Positions 37,365-48,812 of a stretch of DNA of 64,000 bases are shown here, piece after piece (positions within the stretch are counted from its first letter, which is position 1; every line of letters begins with the position of its first letter). The notes below the pieces were generated by a model. That model was given only the letters and a program-made list of their open reading frames with translations, was not told the origin of the DNA and made no database searches. Position numbers and translations under genes: made by a program. The stretch is from Somniosus microcephalus (lineage: Eukaryota): assembly GCA_052327205.1 (NCBI GenBank), contig CM126213.1:107880001-107944000 (forward strand), written 5' to 3'.

Positions 37365-37550
37365 GTAAGTATACAGTATATTAATGATGTACATTCATAC
37401 TCGCCATCATTTCATGCACCTTCTGGAACTCCTAATGCAGGTACAATCGCATTTTAAATAATCTCTCAAACAATTTTCCAAACACAACTTGTATTTACAT
37501 AACCCCTTTAATGTAGGAAAACATCCCAAAACACTTAACAGGCACATAAT

Positions 37551-38798
37551 GGCCCGGAACTTGTGGTCAGCGGCGAAGCAAAAGGTGCTCGCCGCTGGCT
37601 CTGAAGAAAGCTGCCCACAAAGATCTTGCGATCTCTGTGGTGAAAAGTTTGCCTTTTTTGACGTGCAAATCATTTAAGTGGAATAGTGGGAATTCCATAG
37701 CGTGAGCTGTTGTGACATCAACAAGCTGTCTAAACAGCCAATCACAATGCAGAATTCTCAAGACAGGGAACCAGGAAGTAAAGAAGTTGCTTTTATTCAG
37801 ACTTTTAAAAATGTTACAAAACAAAGATTGGGGCTCTCATGTGGAATAGGTAAAGCTGAAATAAATATGAACAAACTTTAAAAAAATATATTTTTTTAAT
37901 GTTTCTTAAACTGTAATTTTCATCATCATTAAAATGGATAAATTTGACATTCCACAAAATTAAAATTAGTTTTTCAGGGCCATAATGTTTGTTTAGCAGT
38001 CAATTTGCTGTTAAAACCCCAGTTACACCTAATCGAACAAGGCCTAACTTTTAATGGGGTATTTAACATTGATATTACCACAGAAAAGCTCAAATTTTCA
38101 TCAGTTTCACTAATTTCCCTGATTACACTGATTGCCGGCTATGGGGGTGTATGTGTTGGGGGTGGGGTCGTGTGGGCACAGCAGAGCCAGTGTTGAAGCA
38201 GTGAATGACAACGCAACTTCAGGATTTCCTCGTTAGGATGCGCTTGCGCTACATCCTGAAGTTGTGGTCAGTTTCAAAGGGGTAATAACAGTGAATGCTG
38301 CTGGGATGGCAGGAATGATGTATGAGGAGAGATTGTGTCGATTGGGCTTATACTCACTGGAGTTTAGACGATTGAGAGGGGATCTCATCGAAACCTATAA
38401 AATTCTGTCAGGCCTGGACAGACTAGATGCTGGAAGGATGTTCCCGATGGTCGGGGAGTCCAGAACCAGGGGTCATAGTCTAAGGATAAGGGGTAGGCCA
38501 TTTAGGACTGAAATGAGGAGGAATTTCTTCACCCAGAGAGTGGTGAACCTGTGGAATTCTCTGCCACAGAGGGCGGTGGAGGCCAGTTCATTAAATATAT
38601 TCAAGAAGGAGTTGGATATATTTCTTAAGGCTAAAGGGATCAAGGGATATGGGGAGAAGGCAGGGACAGGGTACTGAATTTGGATGATCAGCCATGATCT
38701 CATTGAATGGCGGAGCAGGCTCGAAGGGCCGAATGGCCTACTCCTGCTCCTATCTTCTATGTTTCTATGCTGTTATTACACACTGCAAATTCTGGGCC
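37551..38798. mobile_element. PIF/Harbinger-like non-autonomous element in DTD2 intron 2, inserted in an L2 tail and containing a CR1 fragment
   Basis: Imperfect TIR GGCCCGGAACTTG / CAAATTCTGGGCC; 3-bp TSD AAT; L2 sequence continues on both sides. Confidence 0.7.
38300..38768 (+). mobile_element. CR1 3' fragment (young subfamily)
   Basis: ORF 38264..38677 (YEERLCRLGLYSLEFRR..RRNFFTQRVVNLWNSLP) plus tail. Confidence 0.95.
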
Positions 38799-39785
38799 AA
38801 TATGACAAAAATTGGCACCGAGCCAAAGGAGATATTGGGACAGGTGATTAAAAGCTTGGTCAAAGAAATAAGTTTTTTGAAAGAGGAGGTAGAGGTGAAG
38901 AGATGTAGCAGTATCAGGATGGAATTCCATAGCTTAGAGCCTAGTGGCTGAAGGCATGGCTGCCAATGGTCGGGGGAAGGAAGTGGGAAAATGCACAACA
39001 GGCCTGAGTTGGAGGAACGCAGAGTTCTTGGAGGGTTGTAAGGCTGGAGTTTTGGATGAGCTCATGTTTATGGAGGGTGGAAGATGAGAGGCTGGCTAGG
39101 AGAGCATTGTGGAGGGGTCAAGAGAGATGGTGAGGTAGAACTGGGTATCGTCAATGCATCTGACCATGTTTTTGGATGATGTCAAGGGCAGCATATAGAT
39201 AGGAAGTAGGAGGGGGGCTAAGGATAGATCCTTGGGGGGACTCCAGAGTTAACGGTGCGGGGATGAGAAGCGATGCCATGCAGGAGATTCTCTGGCTACG
39301 ATGGGAGAGGCAAGAGTGGAACCAGGCATGGGAAATGGAGGAGAGGCGTAGGAAGCAGAAGGTGTGGTCAGCCATGTCTAAGGCTGCATAGAAGTCGAGA
39401 TGGACGTGGAGGGATAGTGCCTCACAGTCACAGTCACTTCGATTAGGATTGTTTCAGTGCTGTAGCAGGGGCAAAAACTTGACTGAACAAGTTCAAACAT
39501 GGAATTGCAAAAAAGATGGTTACTGATTTGGAAGGCAACAACATGTTCAAGGCCTTTGGAGAGGAAAGGAAGGTTGTAGTTGAGGTGGTAGTTTGCAAGG
39601 TCAGAGGGAGGAGAGGGAACCATTAACAATATCAGCTAGCATGGGGGCCAGGAAGGGAAGTTTGGCGGTCAGTAGTTTAGTGGGAATAGGGCCAAGAGAG
39701 CAGAAGGTGGGTCTTGTGTACACAATGAACTCTGAGCAGGCATGAGGGGAGATACGAGAGAAACTATAGAAAGATACGAGTGAAC
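38799..39785 (-). mobile_element. L2 LINE remnants
   Basis: LDPIPT-like, NY..NLPFLSK.LE, PQGSILSP and LWNS motifs on the - strand; tail at 37485-37550. Confidence 0.8.
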
Positions 39786-40179
39786 ACATTTTTATTCATT
39801 ACAAATGGAGCAAGTGGAGGAATTCCCTTTTTATACAAATATCCCTGTAGATTTCAATTTCACTTTTCTGTACATTTCTGACAGACCTCATTCCCTCCAG
39901 AAGAAAATTACCTTTTTGATTTTTTTTAAAATCTCCAATTTATCACTGGTGTTATTTAGCTGTGTTAACTGTACTTGAATGTTAAAGTAATAGAAAATGG
40001 TTTCCTGCATTACAACAGTGACTACACTTCAAAAAGTACTTCATTGGCTGTAAAGCGCTTTGAGACATCTGGTGGTCGTGAAAGTCGCTATATAAATACA
40101 AGTCTTTCTTTCAAGTGCTGAAAATTTCTACTTTTTGACAAAAGATGACAATATAATTATGGATGAGGATGGTGATTCA

Positions 40180-41110
40180 ATCTATCTTAATTTATCCATC
40201 CAGAACAATCCCATAGTCCTTCCATTGCTGCATCTAATTCTTTCTTAAATAAATCATGGGTTTTCACCTCTATTGCCTACTTTATTTAGAAGTTAATTCT
40301 AAGTGTCGATCACTTTGCCTGAAGAAGTACTTGCTGATAGTCTTAACTTTACCTGTTACTAGTTTGAACTTGTATCCCACTGTCCAATTTGTCACTACTT
40401 AAATTGAAGTAGTATTGCTGATTTTACGATTTCTAATCCCGTAACTATTTTATATATCTCTTACAAGACCACCTTCCTCACTCCTCCTATCCAGGTTGAA
40501 AAGCCCAGGTTTCTCCAGCCTTTCCTAATAACAGACCCCTGACACCAGCAATCAGTCTCATGCCTCCTCTGTGTACTGCCTGCAGTGCCCAAATGACTCC
40601 CCTGTTTCTTCTCAACCAGAATTGGACATAATAGTCGAGGTACGGTCTGATCAGAGCACTCTACATTTTGATCATGATCTCCTCTGACTTGTATTGAACT
40701 GTTTTGGCTATGTAGTTCAATGTTCTGTTAGCTTTGCTAATTGTTGCTCTGCAATGGTTGGACATGTGTGCCAAGGCTACTTGGACTTTTGGATCTCTTT
40801 CAACCTAATCCTTCGCTATTTCAACACAGTTCGTGGAGTACAAACTTTATACTTGCCTGCATTAAATTGCATCTGATCATTGTTTTGCTCACTCACACAT
40901 TTTGTCCAATTTCTGCTATAATTACTGAGCTACCTCATTCAATTTACCCCCCCCCCCCCCCCCCCCCCCCCGTTTGATATCGTCTGAAAGGTTATCAATT
41001 TGCATTGAGTTTCTGAATCCAGGTTAATTATGTAAATTAGAAACAATATTCTGTGTCAGTTTGGTCACCCCTTTTGAATATAGGTGCCACATTAGTCTAT
41101 TTCCAGTATT
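40180..41110 (-). mobile_element. Old CR1 fragment containing a C25 tract (40947-40971)
   Basis: RPYLDYYVQFW- and MQFNA-like remnants on the - strand. Confidence 0.65.
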
Positions 41111-41660
41111 GAGTACAACAAACAGAAACATTCTTGTTACGTTGGGATTGCTAACGGTTTGGGAACAAGTTGTCGATCTCCCCTTTTGGTCACCAAAGCA
41201 GTGGGATAAATAAAAACTTGGGGGAGGGGAAGGAAGAGGAACAAAACAAAATGAAGTGTTTTTTTTTGCCACTGGTGACTAATAGCTCACAATGATACTA
41301 TTGATTCTGACACTGGATGTTTGAAATGGAAGTATTCAATTCTCCTGAGCACAAAATGAGTTGTATTGAAAGGAATGGGACAAGAATAGCCTTTAGGAAA
41401 TATGTTTGCGAACAGATTAAAAGTTGAAATTTATAAATCTTGAAAATGTTGATGTTTCAGGCTTGCTAAGAAATTGCAACTTGGGAACAATACAATATTT
41501 AATAGATTTAAGTATAAATAGAAATAGGATACCTTTTTATATGTTTCAATTTTATTCTGATAGATTTGGTGAAATGTATTCCAGTTAAGCAGTTTGTTAG
41601 GCTATGAAATGTAACGGGATCAGTGTTAAGTTTTTGTTACAATTTTTTCCCCTGCTGCAG

Positions 41661-41986
41661 TTAATACATTGTTGAATGTGAAGATCTGTGAGAACAATGA
41701 AGGGAACTATGTATCTGTGCTGGATCTACCCGCTAATGTTCTCATTATACCTCAGGCCACATTGGGTGGCAAAGCCAAGGGACGCAGCATGCAGTACCAT
41801 TACAACATTGGAAAAGAGGAAGGAAAAGAGCTTTATGCACACTTTGTAGCTCTATGTGAAAAGGAGTTTGCCTCAAACAGTAAATGTGCTGAAGCTGGAG
41901 TTGTGGTCAGGCATGGGACTTATGGGACCAGACAAGTGTTGCAAATGGACACCAATGGACCATACACACACTTGATTGAATTTTAA
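41661..41986 (+). CDS. DTD2: DTD2 exon 3 (terminal)
   Basis: Acceptor TTTTTTCCCCTGCTGCAG|TT; (V)[44 protein letters not shown]; spliced CDS 486 nt = 161 aa; AATAAA at 42396-42401 and 44672-44677. Confidence 0.97.
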
Positions 41987-44924
41987 ATCATGATTCCATA
42001 ATATATAAATGTGTACTCCTTTATTTTTTCTTCTCTTAAATGTCTGCTCCTTTTATCGTAACAGCTCATTTTCCAGAGCAGATTCGCAGGTCCATTGATG
42101 ATATTACCAGAGTGTTGCACTGATATTCAGAGTGGCTGGGTCTCAATGGTAGGCTTGACTAACATTTGAACCCTGCTCCACCTTGGGTGAATTTTTATTT
42201 GGCAGTTTTGGCTGGATTGTTGGAACAATTACCTCAAAATAAGAATACTCCGACCCAGGCTAGAAGAAAAATAACTGGATAGGCCTGTCACACTCCAACA
42301 TAACATATTTCCTTTAGCTGATCGTGAACAATGATGATCACAAATATTGAAAAGTTCATGACCCAGATTATGTTCCGTTAAAATTTCAAGTATTAAATAA
42401 AAGTACGTTTCTCTCGGCACTGTTTCACAGTGATTCCTTGAAGCAGACTTTGCTCCCTGTTATCTGGAAGCTGTACTTTTTCTGATTATCTGCCCTGGCA
42501 GAATTTCATAACCCAAGGATTGACAATTGCCCTATTTGCAATAACCATTTTACTGGATTAAAAAGAATCCTGCCCAATGGTGGATACATTTTATGAATAA
42601 GTCAATATTACACATGAACCAGACTTTTTTTGTGCTCAAGAAACTTAAATATTTATCTACAATTAAATGGAAATATGAAGCAGAAAATAATTAGCAAATC
42701 AGGAGTGAATTTTTGAGTATGGTTCACTTCTTAAAGGGAACAAGATCCATTTATGCATGTTGTGAAAAACAAAATATTTTTGTAGAATTCCTAAAATTAT
42801 ATTGGAGCATAATCTAGGTCATGGACTTTTCCATACCCATACATCCGCTTAACTTAGTTGATGACACCTTTGACTATGGGTCAGGTTGTTTGTTTGAGTG
42901 TTATATCAGAAACTTGAGCATACAATCTGACACTCCAGTGCAGTACTGAGGTGATGCTCCACAGTTCAAGATGCTCTGATTGATTGAGATGAGCTATCTA
43001 ACTCTATCTGGAGGTTCGGGGGTATGTTAATAATCTCATAGCTCTATTCAAGAAGAGCGTGACATTCTCTTGGTATCCTGGCCAACGTTCCTCCCTTAAC
43101 GCTGCCAAAAACAGGCAAACTGGGCATTTGTTTCATTGCTTTTTTTTAAAACTTTGTAACTGTTACACTAAATTATTTTGAAATGTAGTATGTGAATGCT
43201 GTGACATTTTCTGAGGGATGCAATAGCAGCTATGCAAATGCAATTCTTTTTATATAATATACCATAAGTAAATTTTTATATAGTATGCAATAAGTATAAT
43301 GAGCCACGGGTTCATTAGCCCTTTCAAGAAATGGTTTTTGATAATATTGCCTTTGAATTGGGAAGTTCTTCTAATCTTTGACCTGCTGTATCCTTGCAGT
43401 CTTGCCAATTGGATTGTGATTATGTAACTTAAGTTACAGATTGCAGAGTCCAATGTCTAGAAATTAAATGGCACTGTGCCCATTTTCCTGGCATAAAATG
43501 GGTGCCTAAGCGTCCAATATGGCATGCATGTCCTTATTCCATGACACAAGTTTACCACCCACCATACTGGTAAAGGCTCCTCCACAGGCATCCAGGGCGT
43601 GCACCTGATACAGGCATTGAGCTGTTTGAATGTATAAATTGGAGACCTGAGGCCTGTTTGAGGCTCCCTCTGCAAAATTCGATTGCGCAGCATGCATGCT
43701 GCAGTCAGTTTCTTCAAGTGCTTGACAACAAAACTAGCTGTCCTTAAAGGGACTGCAGGAGGCTGCCAGTGGAGAAGTAAGTTTTATATTTTTTATTTGC
43801 TTATTGTGGAGCTGGGAAGAGCATTAAATCTATGGCCACTGCCAGTAACTGCTCGCACACTCTCCCCTCCCAGACTCTCCTTATGACCTCAGCCAACGTT
43901 TGAGCCGGACGATTTTGATGCCCTAGGGGACCGCAATTGCACCTGTAGCTCGTTGTAAAAAGTAAATGAGGCCAGCGGACCAATTTCCCATGGTCCTGCT
44001 ACTGGCCTCTTTAGGCTCGTGCAGTGTCCGCTGCATCTGCATCACATTTAGATTTGGGCGTGATCTAATTTTTTGGCCCAAATCTCAGAAAAACCGGTGG
44101 CTTGGGGCATTGGAGCCATCTGTTTTGAGAAATCTCATGTTCCTTTGCAAACAAAAGCAAATAATGATTCATGCTCTCTGATTAGTATTTGACATGCTCC
44201 ATAGATGATTTTTCTAAATAAAGATGATACTTGATATTATATGTCAAAAATTCATAAGCTTTAATCAACAGTTTGAGTGTTTACATTGGTAATTATTAGC
44301 TAGCTGGTGTTCCCGATAGTCACTGGCTAAACAAACCATATGCTTGTGAAGAGTGCAGGAAAGTCTTCTGTCTACAATTACATAGTCATTAACAACTCAA
44401 AATAGCAGTGACTGTTCAAGTTTTACTGTAAACAAGCGTTAATCCACTGATTTGTGGACACTATCCCAGCTCAAAATCTTGGCTATGTAAAAAGGGGAAA
44501 AAATTGAAAAGCAATATTTAAAAAAAAAAAAATTGAATTGATGTCCACAGTATAAATTCATATTTAAATTTTGACCTCACTACAATGAGTGGTTATAAAT
44601 GTTAAAGGTTGATGCCAGTGAGCAATACTTGTAATTGTAAGTTGACTTTTTGTATCAATCTTGGGGATTCAAATAAAACCATATTTGAAATGCTTCTTTT
44701 GGGTAAAATCTGTTCTTGATTAAGGTCAAGTGGATTTTTTTCTGCACATTCTAGTCTTAAAACTATCCGATTATAAGATCAATATCTGCACTATTTACAC
44801 TGCAGAGTTGCACAAAGAAGGAATTTGGGTAAATATAATGGCCGCCAATACTATCTGCACCTGAGCATAAAAGTTTCACCAGATGCTTATCCTAATAAAT
44901 CTTTGCGCTTTCATTCAGAACTGA

Positions 44925-46060
44925 GAAGTGTTTTGAACTCTCAATACTGAGGAAGTGCTGCATTGTTGGAGATACTGCCTTTTGGATGAGATGTTAAACC
45001 ATGACCCTGTCTGATCTCTCGGGTGAACATAAAAGATCCCAGGACACTATTTCGAAGAAGAGCGGGGAGTTATCCATGGTGTCTTGGTCAATATTTATCT
45101 CTCAACCACCATCATAAAAAAAAAAAATAGATTATCTGGTCAAAAGAACTTAAGAAATAGAAGCAGGAGTAGGCCATTCGGCCTTTCGAACCTGCTCCGC
45201 CATTCAATAAGATCATGGCTGAACTTTGACCTTAACTCCACCTTCCTGCAATATCCCCATATCCTATGGCTCCCTTAGTATCCAAAAATCTATTGCTATC
45301 TGTCTTGAATATACTCGATGACTGAGCATCCAAAGCCCTCCTGGAGTAGAGAATTCCAAAGATTCACAACCCTTTGAAGGAATTTCTCCTCGTCTCAGAC
45401 CTAAATGGCCAACCCCTTATTCTGAAACTGTGACCCCTAATTCTAGACTCCCCAACCAGGCCATAAAGAAAAAAGAAGTACTTGCATTTGTATAGCGCCT
45501 TTCACGACCACCAGACGTCGCAAAGCGCTTTACAGCCAATGAAGTACTTTTGAAGTGGACTCACTGTTGTAATGTGGGAAACGCGGCAGCCAATTTGTGC
45601 ACAGCAAGGTCCCACAGATAGCAATGTGATAATAACCAGATAATCTGTTTTTGTTACATTGGTTGAGGGATAAATATTGGCCAGGACACCAGGGATAACT
45701 CCCCTGCTCTTCTTCGAAATAGTGCCATGGGATCTTTGACATCCACCTGAGAGAGCAGACGGGGCCTTGGTTTAACGTCTCATCCAAAAGGTGGCTCCTT
45801 CGACACTGGAGTATCAGCCTAGCTTTATGTGCTCAAGTCCCTGGAGTGGGATTTGAACCCACTCTGACTCAGAGGCAAGTGTGCTACCCACTGAGCCACA
45901 ACTGACACACTGCTATTTGTGGGACCTTGCAGTGCCCAAATTGACTGCCATGTTTCATACATTACAAGAGTGACTACGTTTCAAAAGTACTTCATTGACT
46001 GTAAAGCACTTTAGGACATCCTGGGATAGTGAAAGGCACTATATAAATGCAAGTGTTTAT
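44925..46060. mobile_element. Deu-SINE (+) split by a CR1 3' fragment (-, about 45143-45460) and a second Deu-SINE (-, about 45475-45905)
   Basis: The SINE body stops at ..GATTATCTGGTCA (45140) and resumes at TGCTATTTGTGGGACC (45911). Confidence 0.8.
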
Positions 46061-46084
46061 TTTTTCTTTTAATCCACTCAGATC

Positions 46085-46400
46085 ATAATGGTGTCAATTC
46101 CTGATGTGTGCTGAATTAGTCCATCTCGGCTTGGGCACCAGTTTGGGTGCTTCAATTGGCCTCAGCAGCCCGGGCTAGGGAGGGGATAAGTTAGCCAGGG
46201 TTCGAGCTCCTAATTGCTATCTGGTGACTTGATGGAAAGTATGCATGTGTGGCCATCAAGTGAGAACAAAAATTAGTTCAACTGTGATGCTCTCCTTTTG
46301 GCAAATAGCTTGCTCATGCACACTCTGGGTTCATGAGAAATATCCACTTGGGTGAGGTACTGGAGGACCTTAGTGCCTGAAGAACCATATCCCACCAGCA
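46085..46400 (+). repeat. Old interspersed SINE-like repeat (related pieces at about 47140-47229 plus 49764-50060, 26340-26480 and 35870-36250)
   Basis: Shared motifs TGTGCTGA.TTA.., AATTGGCCTCAG, GGGAGGGGA.AA.TAGCCAGGG. Confidence 0.55.
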
Positions 46401-47344
46401 GTTAGAAGAAGGGGAAGAAAATTGGCTGAAGTAAAAAAAATAAATTAAAAAAATCCTAAATTGGTTTAAGCATGTGTTTAAGGGATTTGTTACGGAATTG
46501 CAATGCTGCATTATGGAATGTTTATAGACCTTGGACTGTATAGTTGATCATGGACATCACTGAAATGTAATTGTCCACCCTTCCTTTAAAATATGACTGG
46601 TAACTTTAATTGAAGATGTTAATTCATCTAGAATATTGCTATTCACAATGAAAATGCAGCTCTTCCAAGGTGCTCCTGTGGGATCGATGCTTGCCTTTCA
46701 CCCAACTATTTGGGTTTGAATTTGGACGAGGGAGATTGTCTCTTGTGGCTGTAAGGATGTGTGTTTTGAAATCTCAGTCCAGTGAGTAAACTGCCAGAGC
46801 AAATGTTCCCCTAATTTGGCCACAAATTGGTAATCTTACAAATGCAGTTTGTTAGTGTGGGAAATGGAGAAGTGTCACTTTGATGTGGTATGTGGTATTT
46901 TTTTAGGATTGGGCAGAGTGAAAATAGGTTTCCTTTGCCTATGTTGTACCTGATCAGGGATTTTTTAATTATGTGATGGTGGGTTCTTAAAAAAGCTCCT
47001 ATGAGATGACTTGCATTTCCTACATTAGGCTGTGAGTTTTCAGGAAATACATTTTTCATTTTAGTATCCATGCACACGCATATTTTTTAAAGCAACATTC
47101 ATGGTAGTCCTTTCTTGACTTGTAAGTCATGTGTACAAGACACAGAAATCTGGTGTACAGCTCCTTGATAGCTCAATGAATGACAGACCACAGTAATCTT
47201 GATCTCTAGTCTGTGCTGAGTTAACTGATATAAAAACAGAAAATGCTGCAAACCAGCGGCACCAATACAGTCATCAATGTATCGGGGTGAAAAAAGGTGA
47301 GGAAGGGGACCTGTATAGGACTGGAACAATGAGTATTCCGTGTA

Positions 47345-47705
47345 TCGGGTGGCTGCGGTGAGGATGTTTCCACTGATGGGTGAGACTAGAACTAGGGGGC
47401 ATAATCTAAGAATAAGGGGCTGCCCTTTCAAAACTGAGATGAGGAGAAACGTCTTCACTCAGAGGGTAGTAAATCTATGGAATTTGCTACCCCAGAGAGC
47501 TGTGGAAGCTGCAACATTAAATAAATTTAAAATGGAGATAGACAGTTTCCTAGCAGATAAGGAAATTAGGGGTTACGGGGAGAGGGCAGGGAAGTGGACG
47601 TGAGTCTAGATTCGGATCACCCATGATCCTATTGAATGGCGGAGCAGGCCCGAGGGGCCATATGGCCTACTCCTGCTCCTACTTATTATGTTCTTATGTT
47701 TATGT
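47345..47705 (+). mobile_element. CR1 3' fragment nested in the Penelope RT
   Basis: ORF 47340..47603; same subfamily as 58920-59230 and 60890-62112. Confidence 0.9.
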
Positions 47706-47807
47706 TAAGGCAGGCATAGCTCGGACCCATATGAGCTCCCATAGCAACACCTTTTATTTGGAGGAAGTGAGTGGAGTCAAAAAAGTTGTTCAATGTGCGA
47801 ACAAAGG

Positions 47808-48812
47808 AAGATGGTTGTGGTGATTGAAGGTCAATCATCACAGCCCCAGGACATTGCTGCAGGAGTTCCTCAGGGCCAACCATCTTCAGCTGCTTCATCA
47901 ATGACCTTCCCGCCAACATAAGGTCAGAAATGGGGATGGTCGCTGATGACTGCACAGTGTTCAGCGCCATTCACAACTCCTCAGATAATAAAGCAGTCCA
48001 TGCCCGCATGCAACAAAACTTGGACGATGTTCAGACTTAGGCTGATAAGTGACAGGTAACATTCGCACCACAGAAGTGCCAGGCAATGACTATCAACAAG
48101 CAAGAGTCTAACCACCTCCCCTTGACATTCAACGGCATTACTATCAACATCCTGGGGATCACCATTGACCAGAAACTTAACTGGACCAGCCACATAAATA
48201 CTGTGGCAAGAAGAGCAGGTCAGAGGCTAGGTGTATTCTGTGGTGAGTGTCTCACCTCCTGACTCCCCAAAGCCTTTCCACCAGCTACAAGGTACAAGTA
48301 AGGAGCGTGATGGAATACTCTCCACTTGCCTGGATGAGTGCAGCTGCAACAACACTCGAGGAGCTTGACACCATCCAGGACAAAGCAGCCCGTTTGATTG
48401 GCACCCCATTCACCACCTTAAACATTCACTCCCTCCACCACCGGCATACCGTGGCTGCAGTGTGTACCATCTACAAGATGCATTGCAGCAACTCGCCAAG
48501 GCTTCTTCAGCAGCATCTCCCAAACCCGCAACTTCTTCCACCTAGGACAAGGGCAGCAGACGCATGGGAATACCACCACCTCCAAGTCACACACCACCGT
48601 GACTTAGAAGTATATTGCCGATCCTTCATCGTCGCTGGGTCAAAATCCTGGAACTCCCTACCTAACAGCACTGTGGGAGTACCTTCACTACACGGACTGC
48701 AGCGATTCAAGAAGGCGGCTCACCACCACCTTTTCAAGGGCAACTAGGGATGGGCAATAAATGCTGGCCTTGCCAGCGACGCCCAGATCCCATAAGCGAA
48801 TATAAAAAAAAA
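47808..48812 (+). mobile_element. 3' part of the LINE family of 3930-7490, nested in the Penelope RT
   Basis: ORF 48247..48747 is colinear with 6900-7430; A-rich tail at 48800-48812. Confidence 0.9.
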
